Shown piece after piece: positions 26,904 through 39,090 of a stretch of DNA of 64,000 bases. Numbering within the stretch: the stretch's first letter is position 1; each line of letters opens with the position of its first letter. The stretch comes from Nageia nagi (taxonomy: Eukaryota; Plantae; Pinophyta). The stretch covers positions 41,540,001 through 41,604,000 of the forward strand of contig JBITNC010000001.1 of NCBI GenBank assembly GCA_050084985.1, given 5' to 3'. The notes under the pieces were generated by a model. The model worked only from the letters and a program-made list of their open reading frames with translations, did not search any database and was not told the origin of the DNA. Made by a program: the position numbers and the translations under genes.

Positions 26904-28120
26904 TACTTTAGCACATATTGTTAGTAGAAATACACATACCATAGATCTATTTTTATCTCTCATCGAATGTTAAAAAAACCTTTCCCTTTCCCTTTCTTAT
27001 TAAACCTAAACCAAATTTGAGGTATGCTAAAAAAGAGAGCAAAGAGACCTTGTTTCAGGGTGAACATAAGGAAAGAGATGGCTTTTTAACTTAAATAATT
27101 CATCAGCATAATTTAATCTAACATAAATCCTCTAAATTCTTTATAAACCTAGCCACAACATAGGTCCATATTCTTACTTGATGGAAATTAATAAGAGTAA
27201 TGGCATCATATTCTACTAGAAGGAGGTGAATAGATAATACAAATGGATTCAAGAGAGACTTATGGATACTAAAATATTTATATCCACTTGTAATCACCAT
27301 TACATCCTTAAATAATATGAAAAAGGAAATATATTCTATTATTTATAAAATAAGAATATAACATCAGGTAATATTTTAACATGAATATGCTAAAATAGAG
27401 GAAGAGCATATTATAAAAATTGAATAAGATTTCTATTGATCAAGTCCTATAACAAATGCTTTCCTTGGAGGGAGTGGAGTGGAGAGTACATTTATTTAAA
27501 ATCTCCTTAAAAATATTTATAGAAAAATTTTGGGATAATATTTCCAAATTTTCTACTATGGATTAAATCATGTTTTTCTATTTTATGTGGGACATAGAGA
27601 TTCTTACTTGGCCCATTTTCTTTTACTAGATTTTTCCTTTAGCCAAAATTTTAATAGTTCACAATTATTTGAGCCACTCCATGTGGGCTTTAAATAATTT
27701 GAGGTGGAATATTTGTATAATACCTTTAGGATTTATTTTTCCCTTTTTAGACTATATAATAGGTTCAATAATTTTGGGTAATTTACTTTAGAGGTGAATG
27801 AAATATACAAAGGTAAAAAAATATTGCCAATATTAAAAATATTTTTTTTATCAAGACAAGTTATCTAGGTAATTTATTTCTTCCTTGCATGCATGATAAA
27901 CTCACTATAATTTTTTATACATTATTACCTAAGGGGTATTCTTGTCCTGCAAAATTTTTAAAATTGTTAGTGTAACCTATATTCAAAGAGTTAATATCTT
28001 CAAAATCAAATTTGATATTATGAAACTTCAGACTATCAATATTGATAATTTCTCCAACTTATTCTTAATTTTACTAGCATATACATTCATAACATGATCA
28101 AATCTAGCATCAATATCATA
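26904..28120 (-). pseudogene. Highly degraded copia integrase-C/RT remnant, probably the continuation of the 31850-33477 element
   Basis: Only weak motifs: KFHNIKFDFED (resembles IISRDV.F.E, ~27997-28030) and VEYDAI (~27199-27217). Confidence 0.35.
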
Positions 28121-28209
28121 AATCAAATATGAAAATGAACTTAACAATGTAAATATGAAAATGAACTTAGCCATGTAATGCCATTTGAAACACAATTAGG
28201 GTTTCACAT

Positions 28210-31200
28210 ATGATTATCAATGAAGCAAGGATGGTGAGGTTGTTACAAAAAGATATTTATCTTGCTTCTAAATTAAACCATACCTTGTTTAGTATAGGAA
28301 AAATGATGAAGAAAAATTTGAAGTTGATTTTTGAAGATAGAGCATGTATGACTTATGATAAAAATAAGGCAAATAGGATGGTGACAATAGTTAAAATAAC
28401 AAAGAACATATTATTTCTATTGAAGTTTATTATTGGAGAAGAGGAAAAACAAGATCATATGGCTATGGATAATAAAGGACATATTTGGCACCCTAGATTT
28501 GGCATCTAAATTTTGCAAGTTTGAAGACATCATCATCTCTTGTATATGGATTTCCAAAGGTAGAAGGCCCCAAGGAAGTATGTGAATGATGTTCCATGCG
28601 AAAGTATCATTTCTAGAAGGAGAAGTGTGGTGGGTTTAATATCTATTTCAATTAGTTCATTCTGATATTTATGATCCAATGAACATGTTGAGTATTGGTA
28701 AAACTTTTTACTTTCTCACCTTCATTGATAATTACTCAAGAATGTGTTGGGTGTTTTTCATCAAACACAAAGATGAAACCTTTAATTATCTCAAAGAATT
28801 CAAATTTTTTTATGTATAATTAAAGTGGAAAAAAAAATTAAATATTTAAGGACTAATAGAGGAGGTTAGTTTTTTATAATAAGTTTTTTATTTTTGTAAA
28901 TAATGGGACATAAAATGATAAATGACATCAACCTACACACCTCAACAAAATGGGATGGCTGACAGAAAAGCTAGGAGTTTGGTTGAGATGAAAAGGGTCA
29001 TGTTATAAAGTAAAATATTAACAAATTCTTATTAGGATGAAGTAATAATTACAAAAGTATATATTCAAATTAGGTGTCCAATAAGAATTTTGGAGAATAT
29101 GACACCATATGAAGCTTGGTGTGGGAGAATAATAAATATGAATCATTTGAAGGTATTTAAGTGTGTAGCCTATGTGAAGATTATTGATAAAAAGAGAAAG
29201 AAACATGATGCAAAAAGTGATCCATGTGTGTTCATTGGTTATAATGATCATTCCAAAATGTACAAATTATACAACCCCAAGACTCATCAAATAATTATCT
29301 TAAGATATATAATTTTTGACGAACAAGGAGTTTGGGGTAGCAAAAAGGTGTTTGTTAATGATGGCATTCTTGAAGATAACTCACCAAATTTGTAAGTTAA
29401 TGATTAGCCTAATAATGTGTAAACTATAAAAATTATAGTACAATCTTCTAAAAGTAATAAAAATTTAGTCCCACCAAGCATAAAAGTTCCCATAAGTTCA
29501 TCCTCAAGTCCCTCAAATAGTCCAATGTCCATTTACCCAAACACTAACAATGATTCAAGTATTTTGTTTGATATTAATAGGTGCAATAGAGGAAAATGAT
29601 ATTTCAAAGATCATCCACCATCATAAATCATGTATATAAACCTTAACAAAATGATCACTAGGATCCAATCCCAAGAGATGAACCAAGTAGTGAAAAGACA
29701 TGAAAATTTGATTATTGGTAGATGAAGATGATGTAGAGCCCAAGGGTGGAAGTGTGAACTTTGCTTTGGTATTTAGTTCAAAAGGAGTTGAAGATTTTTA
29801 ACCTTCACATTTTGAACAATCTTGTAAACAAAAAGTTTAGGTGCAAGCTATGTAAGAGGAGATTAATGCAATCATAAAAAGTGATACATGTGAACTTTAT
29901 GATTTTCCAAAAGAAAACAAATGTGTAGGCTCTAAATATGTATACAGGATAAAATATAATAGTGATGGAAGTGTAGAAAGGTACAAATAAATATTGGTGT
30001 CCAAAGTATTTACTCAAAAATGTGGTATTGATTTTGATGAAAAATTTGCAACAATTGGTAGGCAAAATACTGTTAGAATTATGTTGTTATTGGCAACTCA
30101 TAAAAGATGGAAAATCCACCATATGGATGTAAAATGTACTTTTATTAATGGATACTTGAATGAGGAGGTTTATGTGGAGCAACCATAGGGTTTTGTTGAA
30201 AATAAAAAAGAATATCAGGTCTATGATTTGAAAAAGATATTATGTGGATTGAAGTAGGCCCTTGGAGCATGTCGAAAAATAATTGATAGCTACTGCTAAG
30301 ATTGTGGATTCATTTGAGCAAGAGTTAGCCCACACACTACTACAAAAAATAAGGTAATAATATTTTACTTATGTGTTTGTATGTGTATGATCTCATATAC
30401 ATAGGAAATAATTCAAAATTGAATGATGAATTTAAAACTAAGCTGATGCAAGAATTTGAAATGAAGGATTTGGGTTTGATGCATTACTTCATAGGAATGG
30501 AAGTACACAAAAATAGTGAGGAGATATTTATTTTCCAATAAAAACATGCCAAATATATGTTAAAAAGGTTTGATATGGACATGTGTAAGCCTATTTCTAT
30601 GCCAATTGTTCATGGAGAGCTTTTGTGTGAAGAAGATAGGGATGATAAAAAAAATAAAACTAAGTTTAGGAGCATAGTGGGAAGTCTCATGTTTCTCACT
30701 AATACTAGACCTAATATACAATATGTTGTTTCATTGGTGGCTATATTTATGAATGATTCTTCCATTATGAATTTGAAGGTAACAAACAAAATATTGAGGT
30801 ATATTATAGGTACTACAAATTTTGGTATTCAGTACTCCCATTTAAACAAGTTGGAATTATTTGGGGTATAGTGATAGTGATTGGGGGAGTAAAATTGATG
30901 ATAGAAAGTACACAAGGAAAAATTTATTTTCACTTGGTTCATATCTAATTACATGGAAAAAAAGCAAATACAATGGTATTATCTTTAATAGAGGTTGAGT
31001 TATTACACTTACTTTAGCACGATCTTAAGCCTTATGGCTTTGCAAAGTCTTGGAGGATATTGGTAAGAGGTAATGTGGACCTATATTACTTTTTTGTGAT
31101 AACATAAGTGTCATTCACTTGGAATAAAATCATGTACATCATGCTTAATCAAACTACATCAATTTGAAGTACCATTTTATTCAAGACATGATGGAAAATA

Positions 31201-31736
31201 AAGTGATTGAGCTTGGGCATGTTGACGCTAAATTTTAATTGATGGATATATTCATAAAAGGCATAACTAAAGCTTAGTTTTTGATTATGAGAGAGTCACT
31301 TGTGAGACCTCATCATCAAGGGGGATTATGTTATAAGTCAAAGCTCTCATTAAAGTTCAAGTCATTTTGTTGTCCTAGGACCAACACTATTATACCTATT
31401 CCATCACCAATGCATCCATGCCCATGCCAGTGCCAACACTATCATTTTTAATGTTTTATATGTGATATTTCATTTACTATTTTTTGAAAAGTGTTAGAAA
31501 TTAAACTTTTAGCTTTTTGTATTTTGTATTGATCCTAATTTTAAATTTGAATGTATATGTTCATTTGTTTGTATCCAGAGTGAGTTTTGGATGTAAAAAG
31601 ATTGAAGTTTGGTCTAATATTATATCTATGTACTCTATTGGTGTGAAAATAATATTATAGACTCTATTACTATCTCTGGTTCATTTTCTCAATTATTGAG
31701 TTTTTATTATTTTATTGTAGCCTTAATTCTTCAATA
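28210..31736 (+). mobile_element. 5'-truncated Ty1/copia element (post-protease region, INT, RT, RNase H, PPT, 3' LTR)
   Basis: IWHPRFG (GAG-pre-integrase). YFLTFIDNYSR. TPYEAW...HLKVF. HMDVK.TF.NG.L.EEVYVEQP. FRSIVGSLMFLTNTRP. PPT aagggggatta at 31318-31328. LTR tgttataag...ttcaata at ~31329-31736. No gag or 5' LTR. Confidence 0.88.
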
Positions 31737-31849
31737 TGCATATAGCTAACACATTGAATGATTTAAAATGATTAGCATTCAACTTAATCTCTTACTAATA
31801 TTTATATGGATTTATTTTCTTAGGTTTAGTAGTACAATTCCTATTCAAA

Positions 31850-33477
31850 ATATATGTTATTGTAATAACTATAAAATTCCAAAAAGAGTTACTCATGTCC
31901 CCTTTTTTAGCAACATGCTTCTACCCATATCCATAAAAATTTAATTATTTTCCAATTTTATTGAGGTGTGTATGTAGTTATAAGTTACCTCTACATATTA
32001 TTATCATAATAAAATTGTATAAATTTACTTGAGTAAAAATCAACATAATAAATCCTTAAAGCCTTTATTTTACATCCATATTTATTCTTTATAAAGGATT
32101 TCAAACTCTTCAAGGCATTTAGAGTCCTATATTTATGTTTTAAAAACTAGACCTAACACTTCTATGAAAATCATCAATAAGAGTAATGAAATAAGATAAC
32201 ATGACTAACATTTTGATTGGGATTAGTACAAAAATATAAAATATATTTATTGTAGTAGGTATGAGGTCCTCTATATTATCCCTATAAGAAACCTCTCTCT
32301 AGGATGCTTTATTTTAACACATCCCTCACAAACTCTTTTGTTATAATCAACTTTATTAAGACAACAAACTAGTTTTTGGGAATTCAATAACCTCAAACAT
32401 TAAAAATTTAAATGACTATATCTTAAGTGCCATTGTTCCATAACTAGCTCTTATTCTTAGTTGTAATATTTTATAAAATAACCACCTTGAGTTCCAAACA
32501 TTAAAGGGAATATTTAGTTGCTTAATATTAGAATTATGATGAAAAATTTCTTCCTCTAGTTTTCTAATAGATGATGTATTTCTTGCTATAAGATTTATAT
32601 ATTTATAGTTTCCTTCATAAATATTCCCTCCATGAACAAATTATGCTTAAGACCAAGTGTATAGTAAATATCATGAACATTATTTTTCTATCTTTTATTT
32701 TCACCTCCACCACATCTTGGGTAAGAACATTTATAGGCTTACTAGATCCCCAAGCTTAATCTTTATCTATGACATGATTGAGGAATCCAAATCAATAAAT
32801 AGTATCTCTTGAATATTATTATCAGCCATGTTATAAGATAAGAACAAGTTGATTTTAGTATCCCTATTCTCATTAATATGATTCATTAATATAATTTTCT
32901 CTTTTTTCCTTCATTAGATACATTAACTCTAATTTATTTCAAAATATCCATACCTCTTGTAATGATAGCATTGAATATTCCTTTTATCACTCCTTTCTCT
33001 TCCTCTACCAAGAGCTCTTATGTCACCTTCTCCTTTGAAACAATTCTGATTTTTGCTTTCCCCTTTATGTTATACTTATTCATGTGTCTTTGTACTAATG
33101 TCATCAATCCTTGAGATAATCTTACATTATAGGAAAAAAGCCTTTTAAACACTCTCACTAAAGGCATGTCTCAGTATCTCCTTATGAGATAGAAGAGAAT
33201 CAATAAGATAATCGAACTCTAATATTGTCAAATTCTCTCCTCAATGATAATGGTAACATGGCCCATCTTGGTATGAGTGTTCTTAATCCTTTGTCAACAT
33301 GAACTTTATTCTCCATCCTTTCTCCAAGAGTGATCATTTGTTGATAACATCCTTTACTATAACATAATATATATTCATGTGAATCCTCAAGTTCTTAAAC
33401 ACCCTCTTCAAGGTCTACAATTTGACCACCCTATGAATCCCTTAGTAAGCCTCTTATAATGCATTCCAACCAAGTTG
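31850..33477 (-). pseudogene. Old copia gag(UBN2)-integrase remnant, split by the CACTA insertion
   Basis: Minus strand gives WNAL*EAY*G...VVKL*TLKR (33400-33470), LRTLIPRW...LTILEFDYLIDSLLSH (33180-33290), WHLRYSHLN (~32407-32432), VCEGC (~32318-32333) and YFITLIDDF (~32167-32195). Confidence 0.75.
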
Positions 33478-34339
33478 CACTACTATATTAAACCCAATTT
33501 GTGTCCTTTTTTATGTCAGATCTCTTTGTTATTTTTTTTAAAAAACTTTTCCTAGTTTTTTGATGCAGAAAAGGATGCAAACTACAATACCAAAATTTGC
33601 ATCTTTTTGGCATACTTTTTGCTTTATTTTTTGCATCATTTTTTTACATCTAAAGGTGTCTAAATTTGCATCCAAATTTGTGTCTCAAGGTATCTTTTTT
33701 TGCATCCTTTATTTGCATCAAAAGGGGTCAAAAATTGAATTCTTTTTTGCTTCCAAAAGGGTCTTTTTTTTCATTAGATTTTCCTGCATTGCATCACTAA
33801 TTATGTCCACAACTACATCATTTTTGTCTAAAAATTATATTAAAAAATTGATTATTAATATTTAATATTATTTTTTCCATTTCCATTGAATCTTCAATCA
33901 TATGTAAAAATAATATGCCAATTTCACCAATCATATGAAAAAATAATACGTGAATCATATGCACACCAAAATAATATGCTAATTGTATGCTGCACCTATT
34001 TTGATACGCAATCGTACACCAATTGTATGCCAAAATAATATGCTAATAATATTATGTAAAAATATGATAAAAATGGGTAAAAATATGCTAAATTATGTTA
34101 AAATATATATTCCAAAATATGGGTTGACAAAACCATGATAACATCCACATCAAATTATTTTGAAATAACATATATATAGACATTTGAATACACCAAAAAT
34201 GCTATATATATACATAAAAATATGTCAAAGTGATATACACGTTTGTGTTAATACATCCACATGATATCTCAAAAATGATAAAATGATATTATCTACATCA
34301 TGAGTATAAATTGATATTACAACTACTAGTTCGTAGTAT

Positions 34340-35970
34340 CAATATCATTACTAGATCTAGATTTAGTACCTATAGACTCACTACTAGTACCTGACTCACT
34401 ACTTGATCCACTACCTGAGCCACTATGTGACCTACTATTATCTGAGCCATTATAATGACTACTCCCTACCATGCTAGGTTGACATACTGGCTCACTATAT
34501 GCCCTACTAGTATGTGTTTACTTATCATAAAAAATCATTGAATCTTACATCTAGGGTAGATGAAGAATCACCCTCCTCTAATGCATCCACCTATGATGCA
34601 CCCCCTTGCGATGTTGCCCCCTGCAATGCAATACCCATCTGTAAATAATAATAGAATAAATATTAGTGTGTGTATAATCATACTTATGAAACATATGTAT
34701 CACCTACAAGAAATTCATGATATGCCTTTATTAATTAAAATAATAGAATTTACTTACAACAGCATTCAACATGTCCCACAGGGATTGTAATCATATGTAA
34801 TGCCATATTGGCATTCATTCTCATTAGGAAATTGATTGAAATCTCTCAACTATAAAAAATGTTAATTAGTACTATATTAAAAACCATTTACCTATATCAT
34901 TTAAAATCATTGCATGCAGTAAATATACTTACAAATCAGACTTACATAGTCTTCACCCCTCCACTTTCTATTCGATGCATAATACTATGACCCAATTTGG
35001 CAAGTCAGGACTTTGATGATTTTTCTTGTGGTGTATCCAAGCCTTCAAATTTCATTTTTTTTCCTTGGATAATTTCTTTAGTAGCATCTTCCAAACCATT
35101 TTATGAAATAGTTAATTAGTATTATGTTAAAAAAATAAAATATATATGTTCAAATAATAAATATGGATGATAATATTGATCCATATATACCTTCTTATGG
35201 ACGTAAATTGGTTTTGTGCTAGTGTTATTTGGTTAGTGGGAAGTTTTATCACTTTTATTTTCACATGATCTATAACCATTTTTAGATTCAAGCTTGCCTA
35301 CTAGATCACTTTCTTCTTGCTCCACCCTTCACTAAATTCATGTTTCAAGTTTGTTATTATTCTCTACTTTGCTGTAAAAATATAAATTATAGTAAATTAG
35401 TTTGTCTCTTGAAATATTAAATTAACAAAAGCAAAACATACATACCAAAAAATGATGCAAAAAATAAAAACAACTAGATACCAAAGTCATCTTGTTTCTT
35501 CCATGGCTTGTTAAGGGTTTGTATAAATTCTATTATTACAACATTCTGGAGGGATTTGTAAAATAGTTTACTTAAAAAATAGTTGAAATCATATTAGTAA
35601 GTGATCAATATACTTCTAATCAATGTGTAAATTTATATTTTTCAAATAAAAACTATTACCATTATCATCTTTTAAGACCTCTCCATTCTTTCTCATAAAA
35701 ATTTGAAGATTTTTAGAGCCTTGAGTCATAGTCAACATAGATTGTTGATTGATCGACTTTGATAAAATAATATATTACATGGATCACATCACAAATATGC
35801 TTCAAAATATAAAATAAAATAATTTTGTATCACTTCTTAATAAATTAACTAATTAATTATAAATAATTACCTGAATGAGCGATGCCATGTCCCTGTAGTG
35901 TGGTAACACCACCTGCTACTCTAGCCTCATCACCCCCAACCATCGACATCAACTCATATTGGCTAAACAA
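34340..35970 (-). pseudogene. Multi-exon gene inside the CACTA, divergent from the transposase; probable TnpA-like (Ptta/En/Spm) accessory gene
   Basis: Repeated minus-strand donors (tacttac/attacc on plus, e.g. ~34751, 34926, 35656, 35866) bound GC-richer exons. HRIESGG*RL.KSDF at ~34930-34975 resembles the H..G.GG motif of TnpA-like proteins. Ser/Gly-rich C-terminal exon at 34370-34520. Confidence 0.5.
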
Positions 35971-36801
35971 TCATTTAGAAAATTTGACACCCCCCTTTAA
36001 CTTCTTTTATTGTTCAATAAATTAATAAAATAAGTGATTACATTTCTTACTTAATGAAATATATATAGTATTATTTAAAATTGTGTTGATATTACATAAT
36101 ACATATGGATACTTACAAGTGGTTTTTTATTTTGAAATTTCATCCTTCGCTTTTTATGCATCCTTTTCTTTTGATTTTCTTTTTTCCTTATAATGTTATT
36201 TAGTAAACTTTAGGGGGAATTTGAAAAACCCTAGCATATGAAATTAACTTTCAATTTTAGTAGGCATTATTGATAGTATATAGTCAAAATTTAGAGAGAA
36301 TTCCAAAAACCCTAGCTTTTTTAGTTTAAATTCATGAGAATTAAAAAAAATCTATTATTTTTAAGTGTAAATTCATGGGAAATTGAAATATGTAAGTAAA
36401 AATCTACATACCTTGTGAAAATTAGGAATAATGCAGATGAATTTGCAAGAAATCCTTTCTCCCACAAAATGCAAAACCTTATGAATAAACATACCAAAAA
36501 ATTAAAAAATAAGTTAAAATAGAGTGAAATCAGGTATAAATCAAGTTATAATTTAATGAAATGAGCTATAAAGGAACTTACTTGATGCTTTACCACTGGA
36601 AATCAAATTTTGTATCTCCTTTGACCAAGAAATGGGTATTAGGAAAGTGATAGGTAGCCCTACCTTTTACTTTTTAATTTTTTAGTGTAATACAACACAA
36701 AAAAGGATGCAAATTTGGGTGCATACTTTTTTGCATCCAAAAACGCCCATTTTGAAAAAAAATAAAAAAATCAAAATTTTAAGTTAAAATCATTATTCTT
36801 C

Positions 36802-37207
36802 AGGTTAGTCATTAGGGTTTGCGTTATTGGTTAGGGTTACTATTAGGGTGAATGTTAGGGCTAATGGGTAAGGTTAGGCTTAGTGGTTAGGGTTAGTGTT
36901 AATGGTTAGGATTTAGGGTCAAGGTTAGGGTTAACATTAGCATTAGGGTACTTAATGGTTAGGGTTAGGGTTAATGGTTAGGATTAAGGTTGGAGTTAGG
37001 GTACTTAATTAGTGGTTAGGGTTAGGGTTAATGGTTAGATTAGGGTTAGGGTTAATGGTTTGGGTTATTAGTGGTTAGGGAAGTATTAGTGATCAAGGTT
37101 AATGGTTAGGGTTAGGCTTAATGGTTAGGGTTAATGTTAATGGTTTAGAGTTAGGGTTAGGGTTAGGGTTAGTGTTAGGGTACTTAGTGGTCAAGTTTAG
37201 GGTTAGG
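36802..37207 (+). repeat. Degenerate telomere-like (TTAGGG-based) array 1
   Basis: Many GGTTAGGG/TTAGGGTTAGGG units interspersed with ttaatgg and ttagtgg variants. Confidence 0.95.
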
Positions 37208-37550
37208 AAGGGAAATGCATAGTGGCTATTTATTGTAAAGTAGCTATTTTTTAATATTTTTAATTTGCTATTTTTATTCTCATTGGCCTAAGCCCAAGTA
37301 GCCTAATTGTTTTGGATTTTTTTTCTTGGTTAGTTAGCCAAAATTTTATAACTTCAAAGTATTTTTTATATAAATTAGCCAAATATAACCCCCACCATAT
37401 TCATACCTTATTCCCTATATTTTATAAATATTTTCAATTTTTCCAAGTGAATTGACTATTGGACATAAGTTTTCTATGAAAAAGATTGCATATCTAAAAG
37501 AAAATAAGACCTATTATAAGAGGAGAAGATAAGGGAATTGTTACAAAAGA

Positions 37551-38147
37551 AAAGTGACTTATTATAGAAGAAAAGTTACTTGTTACTAAAGATGAGCATC
37601 TTTTTACTAAAGATGAGACACTTGTTACTAAAGATGAGTATCTTGTTACTGAAGACAAATGACTTATTATTGAAGTTGAGCAACTTGTTACTGAAGATGA
37701 GTGACTTGTTACTATTGATGAAAAAATTGTTGCTAAAGATGAGAAAATTGTTATTGAAGATGACTGACTTGTTAGTGAGTATCAAAGTCTATTTAACTAA
37801 ACATGAGTAACTTGTTACTATAGATAAGTGACTTGTTACTGCAAACAAGTGACTTGTTACTATAAATAAGTGACTTGTTAATAAAGATGAGAAACTTGTT
37901 AATGAATATGATCATCTTGTTACTGAAGATGAGTGACTTGTTACTAAATATGAGTGACTTATTACTGAATATGAGTGGCTTGTTACTAAAGATGAGCAAC
38001 TTATTACTCAAGATGAGTGACTTGTTATTAAAGATATGCAAGTTGTTACTAAAGTTGAGCAACTTTTTTACTAAATACCAATGACTTATTATTGAAGAGG
38101 AATAACTTGCTACTAAAGATAAGCAACTTGTTGTAGAAGATGAGCAT
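37551..38147 (+). repeat. 21-bp minisatellite, ~28 copies, consensus ~ACTTGTTACT(A/G)AAGATGAG(TG/CA)
   Basis: Visible 21-nt period. Produces the heptad ORFs LLLKMSD and SNKSLIF in the ORF track. Confidence 0.95.
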
Positions 38148-38380
38148 TAAATCAGTATCAAGATGAACATTTGATATAAACTAATATTTCAAAATCACTT
38201 GTAATTTTTACCTCTCTTAGAAAATGATATCAACTACTAAATTTTTTATAACAAAGTTCTTCAAAATTTAAAATATCACCATTGCTTCTATGATATTTTA
38301 TAAAAAAATTGCCAAGATTTTGAAATTATTTCACCAGTATTTTATTTATTTTGATTCACCAAAAATCCTTACACATAACC

Positions 38381-38834
38381 TTGGGGTTAGGATTAGGGTT
38401 AGAGTTAGGGTACTTAATTAGTTGTTAGGGTTACTATTAGTGGTTAGGTTAAGGTTAGCATTAGGGTTAGTGGTTAGGGTTAACATTAATGACTAGGAGC
38501 AAGGTTTGGATTAGCAATTAGGAATTGAGTTAGGTTAGGTTTAACATTAATGGGTAGGAGTTAAGGTTAGGGTTAATGGTAAGGGTTAGGGTTAGGGTTA
38601 ATGGTTAGGGTTAGGGTTAGAGTTAGGGTACTTAATTAGTTGTTAGGGTTAGTGGTTACATTAGGGTTAGTGTTAGGGTTACTGGTTAGGGTTATTAATT
38701 AGGGTTAGCATTAATAGCTAGGAGTTAGGGCTTGGGTTAGCAATTAGGAATTAAGTTAGGGTTAGGGTTAATAGTAATAGGGTTAGTATAAAGGTATTTA
38801 GTGGTTAGGGTTAATGGTTAGGTTAGGGTTAGTG
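38381..38834 (+). repeat. Degenerate telomere-like (TTAGGG-based) array 2
   Basis: Same unit set and strand as array 1, e.g. agggttagggttagggttaatggttagggttagggttagagttaggg at ~38582-38627. Confidence 0.95.
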
Positions 38835-39090
38835 TCTCTACCCATAATAATAAATCCTAAAAGAACTTTGATTGATGATGTATCTTCTATTGCATAGAAT
38901 GTATATCAACATTTTATATTTGTAGTTGAAAGTTTTTTACTTCTTTAATATTTCTAATTCTAAAAGTAAACATTTTTCTTGTGTGTTTTTTATTTGGTAT
39001 AGGATTGAAAATTTATAGATTATTATTATTCATGTACTAATCTCTTTTTTTCGTTAAATTGTAAAACAAGTTAGTGACTTGGCTTATATA

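Noticed and set aside
34560-34790. Plus-strand ORF MKNHPPLMHPPMMHP...
   Set aside because: Antisense shadow of a repetitive exon of the minus-strand gene. The splice signals are on the minus strand.
37576-38084. Four overlapping ORFs with leucine-rich heptads (LLLKMSD / SNKSLIF)
   Set aside because: They are translations of the 21-bp minisatellite, with no independent evidence of coding.
37551-38147. Regular repeat array as a possible CRISPR
   Set aside because: Head-to-tail tandem units without unique spacers, in a eukaryotic TE context with no cas genes.
36802-38834. True telomere or chromosome-fusion site
   Set aside because: The arrays are short, degenerate, co-oriented rather than head-to-head, and enclosed within one transposon's TIRs and TSD.
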